Assembly: GCF_017115085.1 (NCBI RefSeq)
Contig: NZ_JABXKJ010000248.1
Location: 4,157 to 68,156 of the forward strand
Reading direction: 5' to 3'
DNA length: 64,000 nucleotides
Origin: Nostoc sp. NMS7
Lineage (GTDB): Bacteria; Cyanobacteriota; Cyanobacteriia; Cyanobacteriales; Nostocaceae
The notes below the pieces were generated by a model that saw only the letters and a program-made list of their open reading frames with translations, was not told the DNA's origin and made no database searches. Of this stretch, positions 45,689 to 55,512 are shown in pieces; position 1 is the first letter of the stretch; each line of letters starts with the position of its first letter. A program made the position numbers and the translations under genes.

Positions 45689-46297
45689 ACTGCGATCGCC
45701 TGGAGACGAGAACGCATTACCTGCGACGAAGAAGAACGCCTCAAATACGGTTACAATATCACCACCCATTTCCGTTACGACCAGCAAAAACGCCAATCAG
45801 CAACGGTACAAACCGCCGATGGCACAGAATTATTACGTTTAACCTACGGCGCTACGGCAGACATCTGGCATATTAATCGCGGACTGAACAAGAAAAAAAG
45901 TGAGGAACGAGGATTTAAACTCGATATCAAAACTGGTATTTGGGGCGATGCCAAAAACGACTCAGCAAAAGATAGCATTCACACCGATGTTAATTTAATG
46001 GTGAAAAACACCTGCAATATCTTAGTTGTTGAACCATTAAGTGTACCCACAGACGAAAGAGAAGCTTTTATTGCCACTCTGCAATATGTCTTAGAAACTG
46101 CCATCCAAGCAGTCTATAAATTGGAAGCCGATGAACTCGACTCGGAACGCCTGGGAGACGGTAAATATTTGCTGTTCTGGGAAGCGGCAGAAGGCGGTGT
46201 AGGTGTCCTTTCTCAACTATTAGAAAAGCCTGATGCTTTCCAAAAAATAGCCGATGCAGCTTTAGATATTTGCCAATTAGCAATTTTGCTAATGTGA
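45689..46297 (+). pseudogene. internal fragment of a helicase-associated DUF1998-type gene (both ends missing)
   Basis: The frame is open from the first base after the transposon end: TAIAWRRERITCDEEERLKYGYNITTHFRY...LLFWEAAEGGVGVLSQLLEKPDAF.... There is no start codon context, and the expected C-terminal Cys cluster is absent. Confidence 0.6.
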
Positions 46298-46545
46298 CTG
46301 TAGTTAAAGCACCACAGTTGATATCACCAATATTTATAAAAATTTCTGATATCTACGACGATAAGCAAATTCTGAAAATCAGTGAAGCACTCCTCGAAGC
46401 TTCACCCAATCGCTACCGTCTTGTCATCTTAGTAGCTCGCCGTGCTAAACAAATATTTAAAAATTACGTAGAGGAAGATATAACTTTAAAAAAAGCAGTC
46501 ATACAAGCGATTGAAGAAATGTCCCTAGAATTATCACAACTATAG
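46294..46545 (+). CDS. RpoZ-like (RNA polymerase omega family) small protein, divergent
   Basis: SPNRYRLVILVARRAKQ and KKAVIQAIEEMSLELSQ resemble the cyanobacterial omega blocks SNRYRITVQVANRAKR and MKPVLRAIIEMSDELTQ as I recall them. The start codon is uncertain (GTG 46294, or TTG 46270/46318). Confidence 0.5.
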   Translation: MTVVKAPQLISPIFIKISDIYDDKQILKISEALLEASPNRYRLVILVARRAKQIFKNYVEEDITLKKAVIQAIEEMSLELSQL

Positions 46546-46632
46546 ATTTGACTGGCACAACAGTCAACAAGATCATAAAAAAAAGGAGCCTGACTCAGAC
46601 TCCTTAATAAAAAACTAATAATAGAATTGTGA

Positions 46633-47022
46633 CTACTTAACAGTCACCTTACCGCCAGCTTCTTCGATGCGCTTCTTAGCATCTTCAGCAGCATCCTTAG
46701 CAATACCTTCTTTAACTGCCTTGGGCGCAGCTTCCACCAAGTCTTTCGCTTCTTTGAGACCCAAACCGGTCAATTCCCGGACAATCTTTAGCACGGCAAT
46801 CTTCTTATCAGCTGGAACTGATTCGAGAATCACTTCAAACTCGGTTTGCTCAACAACTTCCTCAGCCGGAGCAGCACCAACACCAGGGCCTGCAAACGCT
46901 ACGCCAACGGGTGCAGCAGCACTCACACCAAAAGCTTCTTCAATTTGCTTGACTAACTCAGAAGCTTCCAACAAAGAAAGGGTTTTTAGTTGTTCTAAAA
47001 TTTGATCGGTTGCAGTAGACAT
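46633..47022 (-). CDS. rplL: 50S ribosomal protein L7/L12
   Basis: 129 aa. Contains [26 protein letters not shown] and a C-terminal KEAKDLVE...[18 protein letters not shown]. Confidence 0.95.
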   Translation of the reverse strand: MSTATDQILEQLKTLSLLEASELVKQIEEAFGVSAAAPVGVAFAGPGVGAAPAEEVVEQTEFEVILESVPADKKIAVLKIVRELTGLGLKEAKDLVEAAPKAVKEGIAKDAAEDAKKRIEEAGGKVTVK

Positions 47023-47115
47023 TGATATAACTCCTGTAATTTTGATTATTTATTTGTCATTGGTCATTAGTTTTTAACTATAGACTTTTGACTCTTGACT
47101 GATGAACCACGAAGT

Positions 47116-47760
47116 CTATTCAGCAGCCGTTTCAGTACTGCTATCTTGTACAGCAGCCGTTTCAGTGCTGCTATCTTGTACAGCAGCCGTTTCAGTACTG
47201 CTATCTTGTACAGCAGCGCTTTCAGTGCCACCACCAGCTTGTTCTTGGTCAGCCACAGCTTGCAAAGCACGAGCCAGCGAACCAGGAACTTCGTTGATAC
47301 CCACAGCAATCTTGGTAGCCAAAGCGTTGATAGCTCCAGCAATTTGTGCTATGAGTTGTTCCTTAGATGGCAAGTCTCCCAGTATCTTGACATCAGGTTC
47401 TTTGAGTAGACGACCTTCCAGTACACCACCGCGAAGTTCTGTCTTCTTGGTGACTTTTTGGAATTCTTGATATGCCTTAATTGCCGATGAAAAATCTTCT
47501 TTTACCAGCAAAAAAGCGGAAGCACCGTTGAGCAATTCCGACAAAGGCTCCCATTTTTGATCATCTTTAATGGCAATGCCCATTAGAGTGTTCTTCGTCA
47601 CCTTACAAACGGTGCCACTAGGACGCAGCCGCCGCCGTAAGTCTGTGATTTCAGAAACTGTTAGCCCCTGATAGTCAATTACCAGTGCCAGAGTTGACTG
47701 ACTCAAAGTTTCTTTGAGGTCAGCTACTATCTCTTTTTTATTTTCTAGTGTTCTACCCAT
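47116..47760 (-). CDS. rplJ: 50S ribosomal protein L10 with a repeat-expanded C-terminal tail
   Basis: The N-terminus [22 protein letters not shown]... is typical of L10. The C-terminus carries the decapeptide unit ([10 protein letters not shown]) three times, plus a degenerate partial copy. Confidence 0.9.
   Translation of the reverse strand: MGRTLENKKEIVADLKETLSQSTLALVIDYQGLTVSEITDLRRRLRPSGTVCKVTKNTLMGIAIKDDQKWEPLSELLNGASAFLLVKEDFSSAIKAYQEFQKVTKKTELRGGVLEGRLLKEPDVKILGDLPSKEQLIAQIAGAINALATKIAVGINEVPGSLARALQAVADQEQAGGGTESAAVQDSSTETAAVQDSSTETAAVQDSSTETAAE
47121..47230. repeat. 30-bp in-frame tandem repeat x3.6 inside the rplJ 3' end
   Basis: The unit is cagcagccgtttcagt(a/g)ctgctatcttgta, starting at 47121, 47151 and 47181, with a partial copy at 47211. 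Confidence 0.85.
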
Positions 47761-48034
47761 TCCAATCTCACCTCCTTAAAATAATCGGTGAAGTGCCCTA
47801 CTTGTACGTTTTTTCTAAACCTGAACCCAAACAACAAACCCCAGCTAATCTAGCCGGGGTTGAGTATTAAGACTCTTAACGCCATAGTTATCACACCTTT
47901 ATAGGTGGCAATTCTGACAATTAGAGTTTTAACCTCGGCAGGATATTAAGCTATTAGCACCTGCTGTCTCTGGCTTTGCCTATTCAGTTTAAAATTAGGA
48001 GTGAGTAGTTTTATTCCTAACTCCTAACTCTTAG

Positions 48035-48748
48035 TTAACCTACTTCGCTCAGTTTCAAATCTCGTAGGGCAGTAATATCAACTTTAATCGATGGGCCCAT
48101 AGTGGCTGCCACATAAAATGTGCGCCAATAACGACCTTTAGCTCCTGAAGGACGGTTACGGTCAATCGTCTCCTGCAATGCCTTCAGGTTGACTAACAAA
48201 TCTTCAGGCGAGAAAGTTGTCTTACCAAACATAACATGAACAATGCCAGTTCGATCAGCTCGGAATTCTAATTTACCAGCTTTGAATTCTGCGATCGCAC
48301 CTGCTAAATCAAATGTCACAGTTCCACCCTTGGGTGATGGCATCAAACCACGCGGACCCAGCAACTTACCCAGCCTTGCCACCTGTGGCATGACATCAGG
48401 TGTGGCAATCAGCTTGTCAAAATCCATCCTACCTTTCTGGATTTCGTCAATCAGTTCTTCTGAACCGACTATATCAGCACCAGCGTTGCTTGCTTCGTTT
48501 ACCTTTTCGCCTCTGGCTATCACCGCCACCCGAACGATTTGGCCTGTACCCTTGGGCAGTGCTACCGTTGTCCGCAACTGTTGGTCTGTATACTTGGGGT
48601 CAATTCCCAGGCGGACATGCGCTTCCGCAGCTTCGGTAAATTTAGCTGTTGCTGTCTCTTTGAGAAGGGCTAAAGCCTCTAGAGGGTGATAGTCCTTCTC
48701 TTCTACTTTTGCTTGCAGCGTTTGCAAACGACGCGATATTTTTGGCAT
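48035..48748 (-). CDS. rplA: 50S ribosomal protein L1
   Basis: 237 aa. Contains [23 protein letters not shown] and [15 protein letters not shown]. Confidence 0.95.
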   Translation of the reverse strand: MPKISRRLQTLQAKVEEKDYHPLEALALLKETATAKFTEAAEAHVRLGIDPKYTDQQLRTTVALPKGTGQIVRVAVIARGEKVNEASNAGADIVGSEELIDEIQKGRMDFDKLIATPDVMPQVARLGKLLGPRGLMPSPKGGTVTFDLAGAIAEFKAGKLEFRADRTGIVHVMFGKTTFSPEDLLVNLKALQETIDRNRPSGAKGRYWRTFYVAATMGPSIKVDITALRDLKLSEVG

Positions 48749-48846
48749 TTTTTCTCCTGGGGTAATTCCGAAGCTTCGCCTCTCCCCCGATAATTTTTAC
48801 TTATTTTTCCCTTGGCATTTGCTAGTTTTTTACTAATGACCAATGA

Positions 48847-49272
48847 CTAATCCGTGACTGTTATACCCATATTCTTAGCCGTTCCTCCCACAATCTTCAT
48901 TGCTGCCTCTATGTCGTTAGCATTGAGATCAGGGAGTTTCGTTTGGGCTATTTCTTGCAATTGTGCTTTAGTAATTGACCCAACCTTCTTTTTGTTGGGT
49001 TCATTCGAGCCTTTTTCAACTTTCGCCGCCTTGCGAATCAGCACTGATGCTGGTGGCGTCTTGAGTACAAATGTAAAACTCCGGTCTTCAAAAACCGAAA
49101 TTTCTACAGGTATCACCATTCCAGCTTGGTCTGCTGTTTTGGCGTTGTACTCTTTGCAGAACATCATGATGTTGACGCCGTGTTGACCTAATGCAGGCCC
49201 CACTGGCGGTGCTGGGTTGGCTTTTCCAGCATTCAGGGCCAGTTTAATGACCGCTACTATTTTCTTCGCCAT
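48847..49272 (-). CDS. rplK: 50S ribosomal protein L11
   Basis: 141 aa. Contains [28 protein letters not shown]. Confidence 0.95.
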   Translation of the reverse strand: MAKKIVAVIKLALNAGKANPAPPVGPALGQHGVNIMMFCKEYNAKTADQAGMVIPVEISVFEDRSFTFVLKTPPASVLIRKAAKVEKGSNEPNKKKVGSITKAQLQEIAQTKLPDLNANDIEAAMKIVGGTAKNMGITVTD

Positions 49273-49278
49273 TTGTAT

Positions 49279-49938
49279 TTAACTCTGTTTCTCTACCTGA
49301 TTAAATTCCAATTCTACTGGTGTATCCCTGCCGAAAATTGATAGCAAGGCTTTAAGCTTACTCCGCTCTGGAGAGACTTCAATCACCTCGCCTTCAAAGT
49401 CTTTAAATGGACCAGAAAGCACCATTATCTTATCACCAGTAGCCATGTTAATTTTGAGAACCGGCTCCTGTTCGCTGGTTTGTTTGAATATGCGTTCGAC
49501 TTCTGAAGAACTTAATGGTATCGGGTGGACATGACCTCGACCCTTACTGCTACCACGTTTTTGTTCTGAACCCACAAAATTAATTACATGGGAGGTGTTT
49601 CGTACCACCTGCCAAGTATCATCATCCATCATCATCCGCACCAGCACATAGCCAGGGAAAACTTTTTCTTCTGTATGCTGGCGACTGCCATCTTTGCGGA
49701 TTTTCACCGCCGGCGTCTGCGGAATTTCTACCTGGACAATTTTGTCAGCTACATCAAAAGTTTGAATGCGTTGCTCTAAGTTAGTCTTTACACGCTTTTC
49801 ACAGCCTGAAGCTACTTGCACTGCATACCAGCGTGCTTCTTTTGACGCTGCTTCTGCTGCTTCTGCTGCTTCTGCTGTTTCTGCTGTTTCCTCCGATTGC
49901 AACATTGAGTTGCGAGGTTCGTCTGTTGCAAAAGTCAT
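49279..49938 (-). CDS. nusG: transcription termination/antitermination factor NusG
   Basis: NGN domain (WYAVQVASGCEKRVK) and KOW domain (GDKIMVLSGPFKDFEGEVIEV). The start is taken at the ATG overlapping the secE stop (TGATG). Confidence 0.9.
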   Translation of the reverse strand: MTFATDEPRNSMLQSEETAETAEAAEAAEAASKEARWYAVQVASGCEKRVKTNLEQRIQTFDVADKIVQVEIPQTPAVKIRKDGSRQHTEEKVFPGYVLVRMMMDDDTWQVVRNTSHVINFVGSEQKRGSSKGRGHVHPIPLSSSEVERIFKQTSEQEPVLKINMATGDKIMVLSGPFKDFEGEVIEVSPERSKLKALLSIFGRDTPVELEFNQVEKQS

Positions 49939-50165
49939 CAGAACACCTGTTTTGCTGCCCAACCAAACAATCCATCGACCAAGTATATCAAAGATGCGGA
50001 CAGTGCCACCATTAACAACACAGCCGCCGACTCGCTCACAATCTGCTTGCGACTAGGCCAGACTACTTTGTCAAGTTCTTCTTTGGTTCCCTGTATGAAG
50101 TTGCCCAAGCTAAACCCATTTGTGTTTTCTGGCAATTCTGCTTCACTTTTTTTGGCCACGACCAA
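49938..50165 (-). CDS. secE: preprotein translocase subunit SecE
   Basis: 75 aa with a single C-terminal TM helix. It occupies the conserved position tRNA-Trp / secE / nusG / rplK. Confidence 0.8.
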   Translation of the reverse strand: MVVAKKSEAELPENTNGFSLGNFIQGTKEELDKVVWPSRKQIVSESAAVLLMVALSASLIYLVDGLFGWAAKQVF

Positions 50166-50442
50166 TTATCCCCCCGTTTGTCACTCAATTTTGGATTTTG
50201 GATTTACCCTATACCTTAAGGCAAAGGCGCTTCATTTTAGATTTTGGTTTGTCGATTTTAAATTTCTTCTCAATCCAAAATCTGAAATCTAAAATTCGGT
50301 GATCCAGGTTTGCAGCTTCGACTTTATTTCACTTAATGAAAGCAAAACAACTGCAAATACAATAAGTTTACCCGAAATTATTACCGCTAACTGCTAATAT
50401 AGCAGCTGCGTAATTATTTCGGGCTTTGTTTTTGCTCTTGAG

Positions 50443-50515
50443 CGCGCCCTGGAGGACTTGAACCCCCGACATCAGGTTTTGGAGACCTGCGTTCTACCAA
50501 CTGAACTAAGAGCGC
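50443..50515 (-). tRNA. tRNA-Trp (anticodon CCA)
   Basis: The reverse complement GCGCTCTTAGTTCAGTTGGTAGAACGCAGGTCTCCAAAACCTGATGTCGGGGGTTCAAGTCCTCCAGGGCGCG folds as a cloverleaf with anticodon loop CTCCAAA. Confidence 0.9.
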
Positions 50516-50666
50516 ACAAGCTGTTTTTGATTCACTCATTGCGCTGAACTAAATTTCAGTTTAACGCAATATGCGATTTTTATCATACCTCAATTTTGTC
50601 GGGAAAACAAGTCAGCGGCAGATGCCGCTTGAGGCTTGAAATTTCCCCATACTTTTGAAGGACGAA

Positions 50667-51029
50667 TCACAAAGGGCGGTCAAACCGTTGCTTGATCCGG
50701 GTTGCCTTACCGACGCGATCACGGAGATAATACAGTTTAGCACGGCGGACTTTCCCGCGACGTAATACTTTAATGCTGTCAATTCGGGGAGAATGCAACA
50801 GAAACACCCGCTCAACGCCCACACCTTGAAAAACCTTACGGACTGTAATAGTTTCGTTGATGCCGCCATTCCGCATGGCAATCACTACTCCCTCGTAGGG
50901 TTGTACGCGGTATTTTTCGCCTTCCTTGATTTTCACTCCCACTTTTACGGTGTCGCCCACATAAATGTCGGGTAGATTCGATTTTATCTGTTCCGCTTCA
51001 ATCGAGCGGATAATCTCTTGAGCGTTCAT
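50667..51029 (-). CDS. rplS: 50S ribosomal protein L19
   Basis: 120 aa. Contains [27 protein letters not shown] and RRAKLYYLR. Confidence 0.95.
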   Translation of the reverse strand: MNAQEIIRSIEAEQIKSNLPDIYVGDTVKVGVKIKEGEKYRVQPYEGVVIAMRNGGINETITVRKVFQGVGVERVFLLHSPRIDSIKVLRRGKVRRAKLYYLRDRVGKATRIKQRFDRPL

Positions 51030-51183
51030 AGTCTTTCTGTCTGCTTAAAAAAAAACTCCCAATCATCAATCATAAATCGATAATCCTCTTTCAGTCTACT
51101 TATTGGGATTGATAATTTTACTGATACAACAACCTAAACATCAAAGCTATATTGCAGAATGCTGTACCAGAAGGGTGAAACTT

Positions 51184-52152
51184 ATGAAATTTAGCGTCGT
51201 CATCAGTACGTATAATCGCTTGAATTTGCTGCAAAGAGCAATTGATTCGGCTCGTAACCAAACAATCGAGTGCGAGGTGGTTGTTGCCGATGACTGTTCA
51301 TCTGATGACACCCAAACCTATCTCAAAAGCTTAGGTGACAAGGCTTGCCTTGAGGGCAGTCGAAAGGTTGTTTACCATCGTAACGAAGTGAACCTTGGTC
51401 ATGCAGCAACGGTAAATGCTGGAGTTGCTAAAGCTAGCGGCGACTGGATTAAGTTTTTAGATGATGACGACTATTTAGCGCCCAACTGCATAGAAGAGAT
51501 GCTGAAGGCGATCGCACTTTGTCCCGATGCTGTAATCTGCTCTTGTGTGGCGGCTCAGGTGGATGGTAATGGAGTTGAACTCAGTCGCACCCCCCAAGTT
51601 GGCCCCGGATTAGCTTTTTATATCCCACAAGCTGATATTCACTATGGTATGCTCTTAGAGCTTGTACCCTTTGGCACTCCCGTACAAGTAGCTTGTCGGC
51701 GTGATGCTTTCCTAGAAAGTGGTGGTTGGGATTCCACACTTGATGCTAACTGTGATGACATCGATTCCTGGATTCGGATTTCCCAGTTTGGCGATGCGAT
51801 TTTCTTCAACCAGTGTCTTGCTTACCGGACTATCTGGGCGGGTGCTTATAATCAAAAGTTTTCTTTGTCTCGGCGGTTGGCGACAAATATTTTGATGAAG
51901 CAGAAAATTTACGCCTTGGTAAATGACCAACATCGCTCAGAGATTCCCCTCTTTGAGGATATAAAAAATTACCTGAAACTCCATTGGATTTTAGTAGCAC
52001 TAAAGCAAAGAAATATCAAGAGTTTTCTTTCAATGATTGATCTGTCTATACTTTCTCCTCAGTCTTGGAAGTTTCTGCTAACTACTGTTTCATCACGCCG
52101 TTCTCAAGGAAACAATTCTCAGGTTCGTAAACTTGTGTTGATTGAGTCCTAG
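51184..52152 (+). CDS. family 2 glycosyltransferase
   Basis: MKFSVVISTYNR...VVVADDCSSDDT...FLDDDDY is the GT-A DxD pattern. The start is taken at the ATG at 51184. Confidence 0.8.
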   Translation: MKFSVVISTYNRLNLLQRAIDSARNQTIECEVVVADDCSSDDTQTYLKSLGDKACLEGSRKVVYHRNEVNLGHAATVNAGVAKASGDWIKFLDDDDYLAPNCIEEMLKAIALCPDAVICSCVAAQVDGNGVELSRTPQVGPGLAFYIPQADIHYGMLLELVPFGTPVQVACRRDAFLESGGWDSTLDANCDDIDSWIRISQFGDAIFFNQCLAYRTIWAGAYNQKFSLSRRLATNILMKQKIYALVNDQHRSEIPLFEDIKNYLKLHWILVALKQRNIKSFLSMIDLSILSPQSWKFLLTTVSSRRSQGNNSQVRKLVLIES

Positions 52153-52330
52153 CTTTTTAAGTGTTGACGATAGCTTATCAGGTGAGGATGTATTGCCAGG
52201 ATTTATGCTGGATTTAGCACAGATTTTGAAATAGCGATCGCTCCTTGAAAATTCCCATTTTTGCGTCATTAAAGATAGTTTTTTAGTGACTACGACCCAC
52301 TTTGAAGTTTTGGAGTGGTAAGATTTTTGG

Positions 52331-53131
52331 ATGTTTGATAACATCTGCAAATTCCTCGCCGAAAACTTTTCCACCGACTTTGCCACTTGGCTGTTAGGAG
52401 AACCCATTTCTCTCACTGAGTTAAGTCCTTCTGAACTCTCATTAGAACCGATTCGAGCCGATGCGCTAATTTTATTGGAATCGGCAGAACTAGTGCTTCA
52501 CCTAGAGTTTCAAACTCAACCCGATGCTAATATCCCATTTTGGATGATTGACTATCGCTAGCGAGTGTATCGCCGCTTTCCCGAAAAGCAGATGCGTCAA
52601 GTGGTGATCTATCTTAAAGAAACAAGCTCTGAATTAGTGCAACAAAATACTTTTACTATTCCTGGTACTCGCCACGAGTTCGAGGTGATTCAACTGTGGG
52701 AACAGCCGACAGAAGTATTTTTGCGTTATCCAGGTTTATTTCCATTCGCGGTGTTGGGTGAGACAGATGACCGTGCAACTACATTACAACAAGTAGCACA
52801 GGAAATTATCGGGATTCCTGACCAACGGTTGCAGAATAATGTCGCAGCTGCCACAGCAATTCTAGCTGGTCTAGTATTAGAGAAAGGATTAATTCAAAGA
52901 GTATTACTGAGAGACAATATGCGCGAATCTGTAATTTATCAAGAGATTGAGGCTGAAGCTGAGGCAAAAGGTAAAGCCATAGGTATAGCCGAAGGTAAGG
53001 CAGAAGGCATTCACTTGGTGGCTGTGAATCTCCTCAAAAGCCAAATGTCTTTGGCCCAAGTGGTAAGAGTCACTGGATTATCTCTGGAGGAGGCAGAGTT
53101 GTTACAACAAGAGATAGAAGGTGAGTTATAG
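52331..53131 (+). pseudogene. Rpn-family (PD-(D/E)xK + DUF4351) nuclease/putative transposase with in-frame TAG
   Basis: ORFs 52331-52561 and 52565-53131 are in the same frame, separated by a TAG at 52559-52561. This is a paralog of 19995-20897. Confidence 0.65.
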
Positions 53132-53286
53132 AGGATTTGAAACTATCAAACCTACCAGTATTGAGAAGCGATCGCCCTGGCACCTGAGGCGATCGCTTCT
53201 TGAGGATTTATACTGGATTGGCACTACTAAAAGTACATCCAAGCAATCAAGAAAACTGACCAAAAATTTATTAATAATTAACCATA

Positions 53287-54522
53287 CTACTGTTGAACCA
53301 ACAGTAAAAACACTATCTGGAATAACCCGACAACAAAACCCAAAACACCACCTAAAGTTACAATCGCCTGCAATTCAGTTTTCACAATTCCCTCAATTGC
53401 AGCTTCTAAATCAGCCGGTGAAGTTGATTTTACACGGTCAACTATCATTTCATCTATCGACAAAATCGGAATCACCTGCGCCACAATTACTTCTAAATCT
53501 TTTTCCAAATACTTATCTAAAATTAGAGCCAACTCTTGACTCATGACTTCTAAAGAAGTACTGACAACAGGTGAAGTACTAAGACGATTCAGCAGGACTC
53601 CAGCAATATTTTCCCAATCAACAGAATCAGTTAATCCTTGTAAAAAATCGCTGCCACTGTTTTGCAGGTAATGGCGCACACTTTCGCGGGTAGTCTTTCG
53701 GAGTTGGCGCACCGTTCCCATTGGCAGGTTTTGTAATGATAAATTTTGCAGTAATTTCCGAATGCGATCGCGCATTTTCAAATCTTGAGTCAATTCCTGC
53801 AAGCGAATATTGGTAGCCTCCTTTTCATCCAAGCAAAAAGTCCGTAACCGCGTCAGAGTATTACGTAAGCCAAACAAATTCGCTACTACCCAATAAGTAC
53901 CACTGGTTTTTTCGCGGAAGCCTTCATCAATAATTTGAATTGTGCGATCGGTCAAAAAATCAACTATCGCTTGGCGCAGCACATCCGGCGGTAGAACTAC
54001 TTGCAACAACCAATCAGCAAGCCGCGTGGCTTGTTCTTCACTCAACTGAAATTCCAGCAATATCTGGTCAAAAATTTGATTGATTTGCGCTTCTAAAAAG
54101 TCTTCACGTCGCGCCAAAACCTTGAGTAACCGTGGCAAAGATTCCCCTAGTAAATCCCGTAAAATTCCCGCCACAATTTTGGCAGTTTTTTGGTTTTTAT
54201 CTGTTTTGATTTGTTCAATCGCCAGCCGCAACAACCAGAGAATTGCACCTTGCACGCGTTCTGTTTGCAATAAACGCCGCGCCAGATTTTGCAATTCTTC
54301 TGGTGTTAGGAGTGACCCCATGATTGTATCGGAAATGTTTTTAGCCAGACGTTCCTGGTTGCGGGGAATCAATCCAGGGGTGAAGGGTACTCTTCGTCCA
54401 GCAATGTAAATTGCTCGGTAAGGACGGAACAACATTTTGATAGCTATATCATTTGTGAAATAGCCAATAATTCCACCCAGTACCGGGGGAGACACATAAA
54501 GCCAAAGATGAGACCAGTCCAC
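53287..54522 (-). CDS. DUF445 family membrane protein
   Basis: The N-terminus [20 protein letters not shown]...[11 protein letters not shown] is typical of DUF445. There is a C-terminal TM helix. Confidence 0.7.
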   Translation of the reverse strand: MDWSHLWLYVSPPVLGGIIGYFTNDIAIKMLFRPYRAIYIAGRRVPFTPGLIPRNQERLAKNISDTIMGSLLTPEELQNLARRLLQTERVQGAILWLLRLAIEQIKTDKNQKTAKIVAGILRDLLGESLPRLLKVLARREDFLEAQINQIFDQILLEFQLSEEQATRLADWLLQVVLPPDVLRQAIVDFLTDRTIQIIDEGFREKTSGTYWVVANLFGLRNTLTRLRTFCLDEKEATNIRLQELTQDLKMRDRIRKLLQNLSLQNLPMGTVRQLRKTTRESVRHYLQNSGSDFLQGLTDSVDWENIAGVLLNRLSTSPVVSTSLEVMSQELALILDKYLEKDLEVIVAQVIPILSIDEMIVDRVKSTSPADLEAAIEGIVKTELQAIVTLGGVLGFVVGLFQIVFLLLVQQ

Positions 54523-54568
54523 AGGGAAGAATTAAAAAAGTTAGGAGTTTAGAGTCAGGAGTTACCAG

Positions 54569-54588
54569 AGACGCGATTAATCGCGTCT
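54569..54588. repeat. 20-bp perfect palindrome AGACGCGATTAATCGCGTCT (dispersed Nostoc-type hairpin / possible terminator)
   Basis: A perfect palindrome in the intergenic region between two minus-strand genes. Confidence 0.5.
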
Positions 54589-54680
54589 GTACAAGAGTTT
54601 AGAGTTAAGAATGATAAATTTTAAATGAGAATTTCTCACTACTGATAATTCATAACTTCTAACTTATAACTCCTGACTCA

Positions 54681-55397
54681 TCACTCATTTTTCTTGACTA
54701 CCAGCACTCCCATCATACCGTTCACAATGGGGTAGTGTGTGGCAACAGCAAAACCAACTTGACGCGCTAACTCTATTTGCTCTTTCCCGATGGGAAAGCG
54801 ATCTAAGCTGGGACTGATGTAAGCATATTCTTCTTTTAAGCCTAAATAATTGGCAACTGGCACTACAAAACCCTCCAGATACCACTGCTGAAAGGTACGT
54901 AGCTGAAAATTACTCGGTCGATGAAAGTCTAAAATTGCGGCTTTAGCACCTGGCTTCAAAACCCGGTATAACTCTTGGAGACTGCGGGGAATATCTTTAA
55001 CATTTCTTAAACCATAGCCCATTGTTGCGGCATCAAATTGGTCATCGTCAAAGGGTAAATTTAGGACATCGGCTTCTACCCAGGCGATCGCAGGTTGAGG
55101 GTACTGCTTTTGGGAACGTAATGAAGCAGTTTCTAGTAGGTTGTGGGAAAAATCCACTCCGTAGACCTGTCCTGTTGCTCCTACACGCCGTGCCAAACGT
55201 AAGGCTAAATCACCACTACCGCAACACAAATCTAATGCAGTATCACCCGATTTAGCTGCACTCCATTTCACTGCCATTTCCTTCCATATTCGATGCTGTC
55301 CCAAACTCAACCAGTCGTTCAACTGGTCATAAACTGGAGCAATACGGTTAAAAATGGACTGAATTTCGTTTGTCATTGGGTATTGGGCATTGGGCAC
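54681..55397 (-). CDS. menG: demethylphylloquinone/menaquinone methyltransferase (UbiE/MenG family)
   Basis: Contains IFNRIAPVYDQLNDWLSLGQHRIWK, LDLCCGSGDL and GYGLRNV. Confidence 0.85.
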   Translation of the reverse strand: MPNAQYPMTNEIQSIFNRIAPVYDQLNDWLSLGQHRIWKEMAVKWSAAKSGDTALDLCCGSGDLALRLARRVGATGQVYGVDFSHNLLETASLRSQKQYPQPAIAWVEADVLNLPFDDDQFDAATMGYGLRNVKDIPRSLQELYRVLKPGAKAAILDFHRPSNFQLRTFQQWYLEGFVVPVANYLGLKEEYAYISPSLDRFPIGKEQIELARQVGFAVATHYPIVNGMMGVLVVKKNE

Positions 55398-55512
55398 TTC
55401 TACTGAGCGTTGTCGTTGGCGCAGCCTCTCGTAGAGAAGTATTGGGCATTGGGCATTAGGTATTGGACATTGGGTATGTGGTTTTTGACTAATGAGTAAA
55501 AAAGACTAATGA

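Noticed and set aside
45682-45876. 64-aa ORF starting inside the transposon end (MDNCDRLETRTHYLRRRR...)
   Set aside because: This is the wrong frame of the DUF1998 fragment. Its arginine-rich composition is typical of an out-of-frame reading.
47067-47470. Three overlapping ORFs (91-122 aa) around the rplJ 3' end
   Set aside because: They are alternative-frame or antisense readings of the rplJ repeat region. rplJ itself is clearly the real gene.
48243-49186. Plus-strand ORFs inside rplA and rplK
   Set aside because: They are antisense readings of highly expressed ribosomal protein genes with Ser/Ala/Pro-rich composition.
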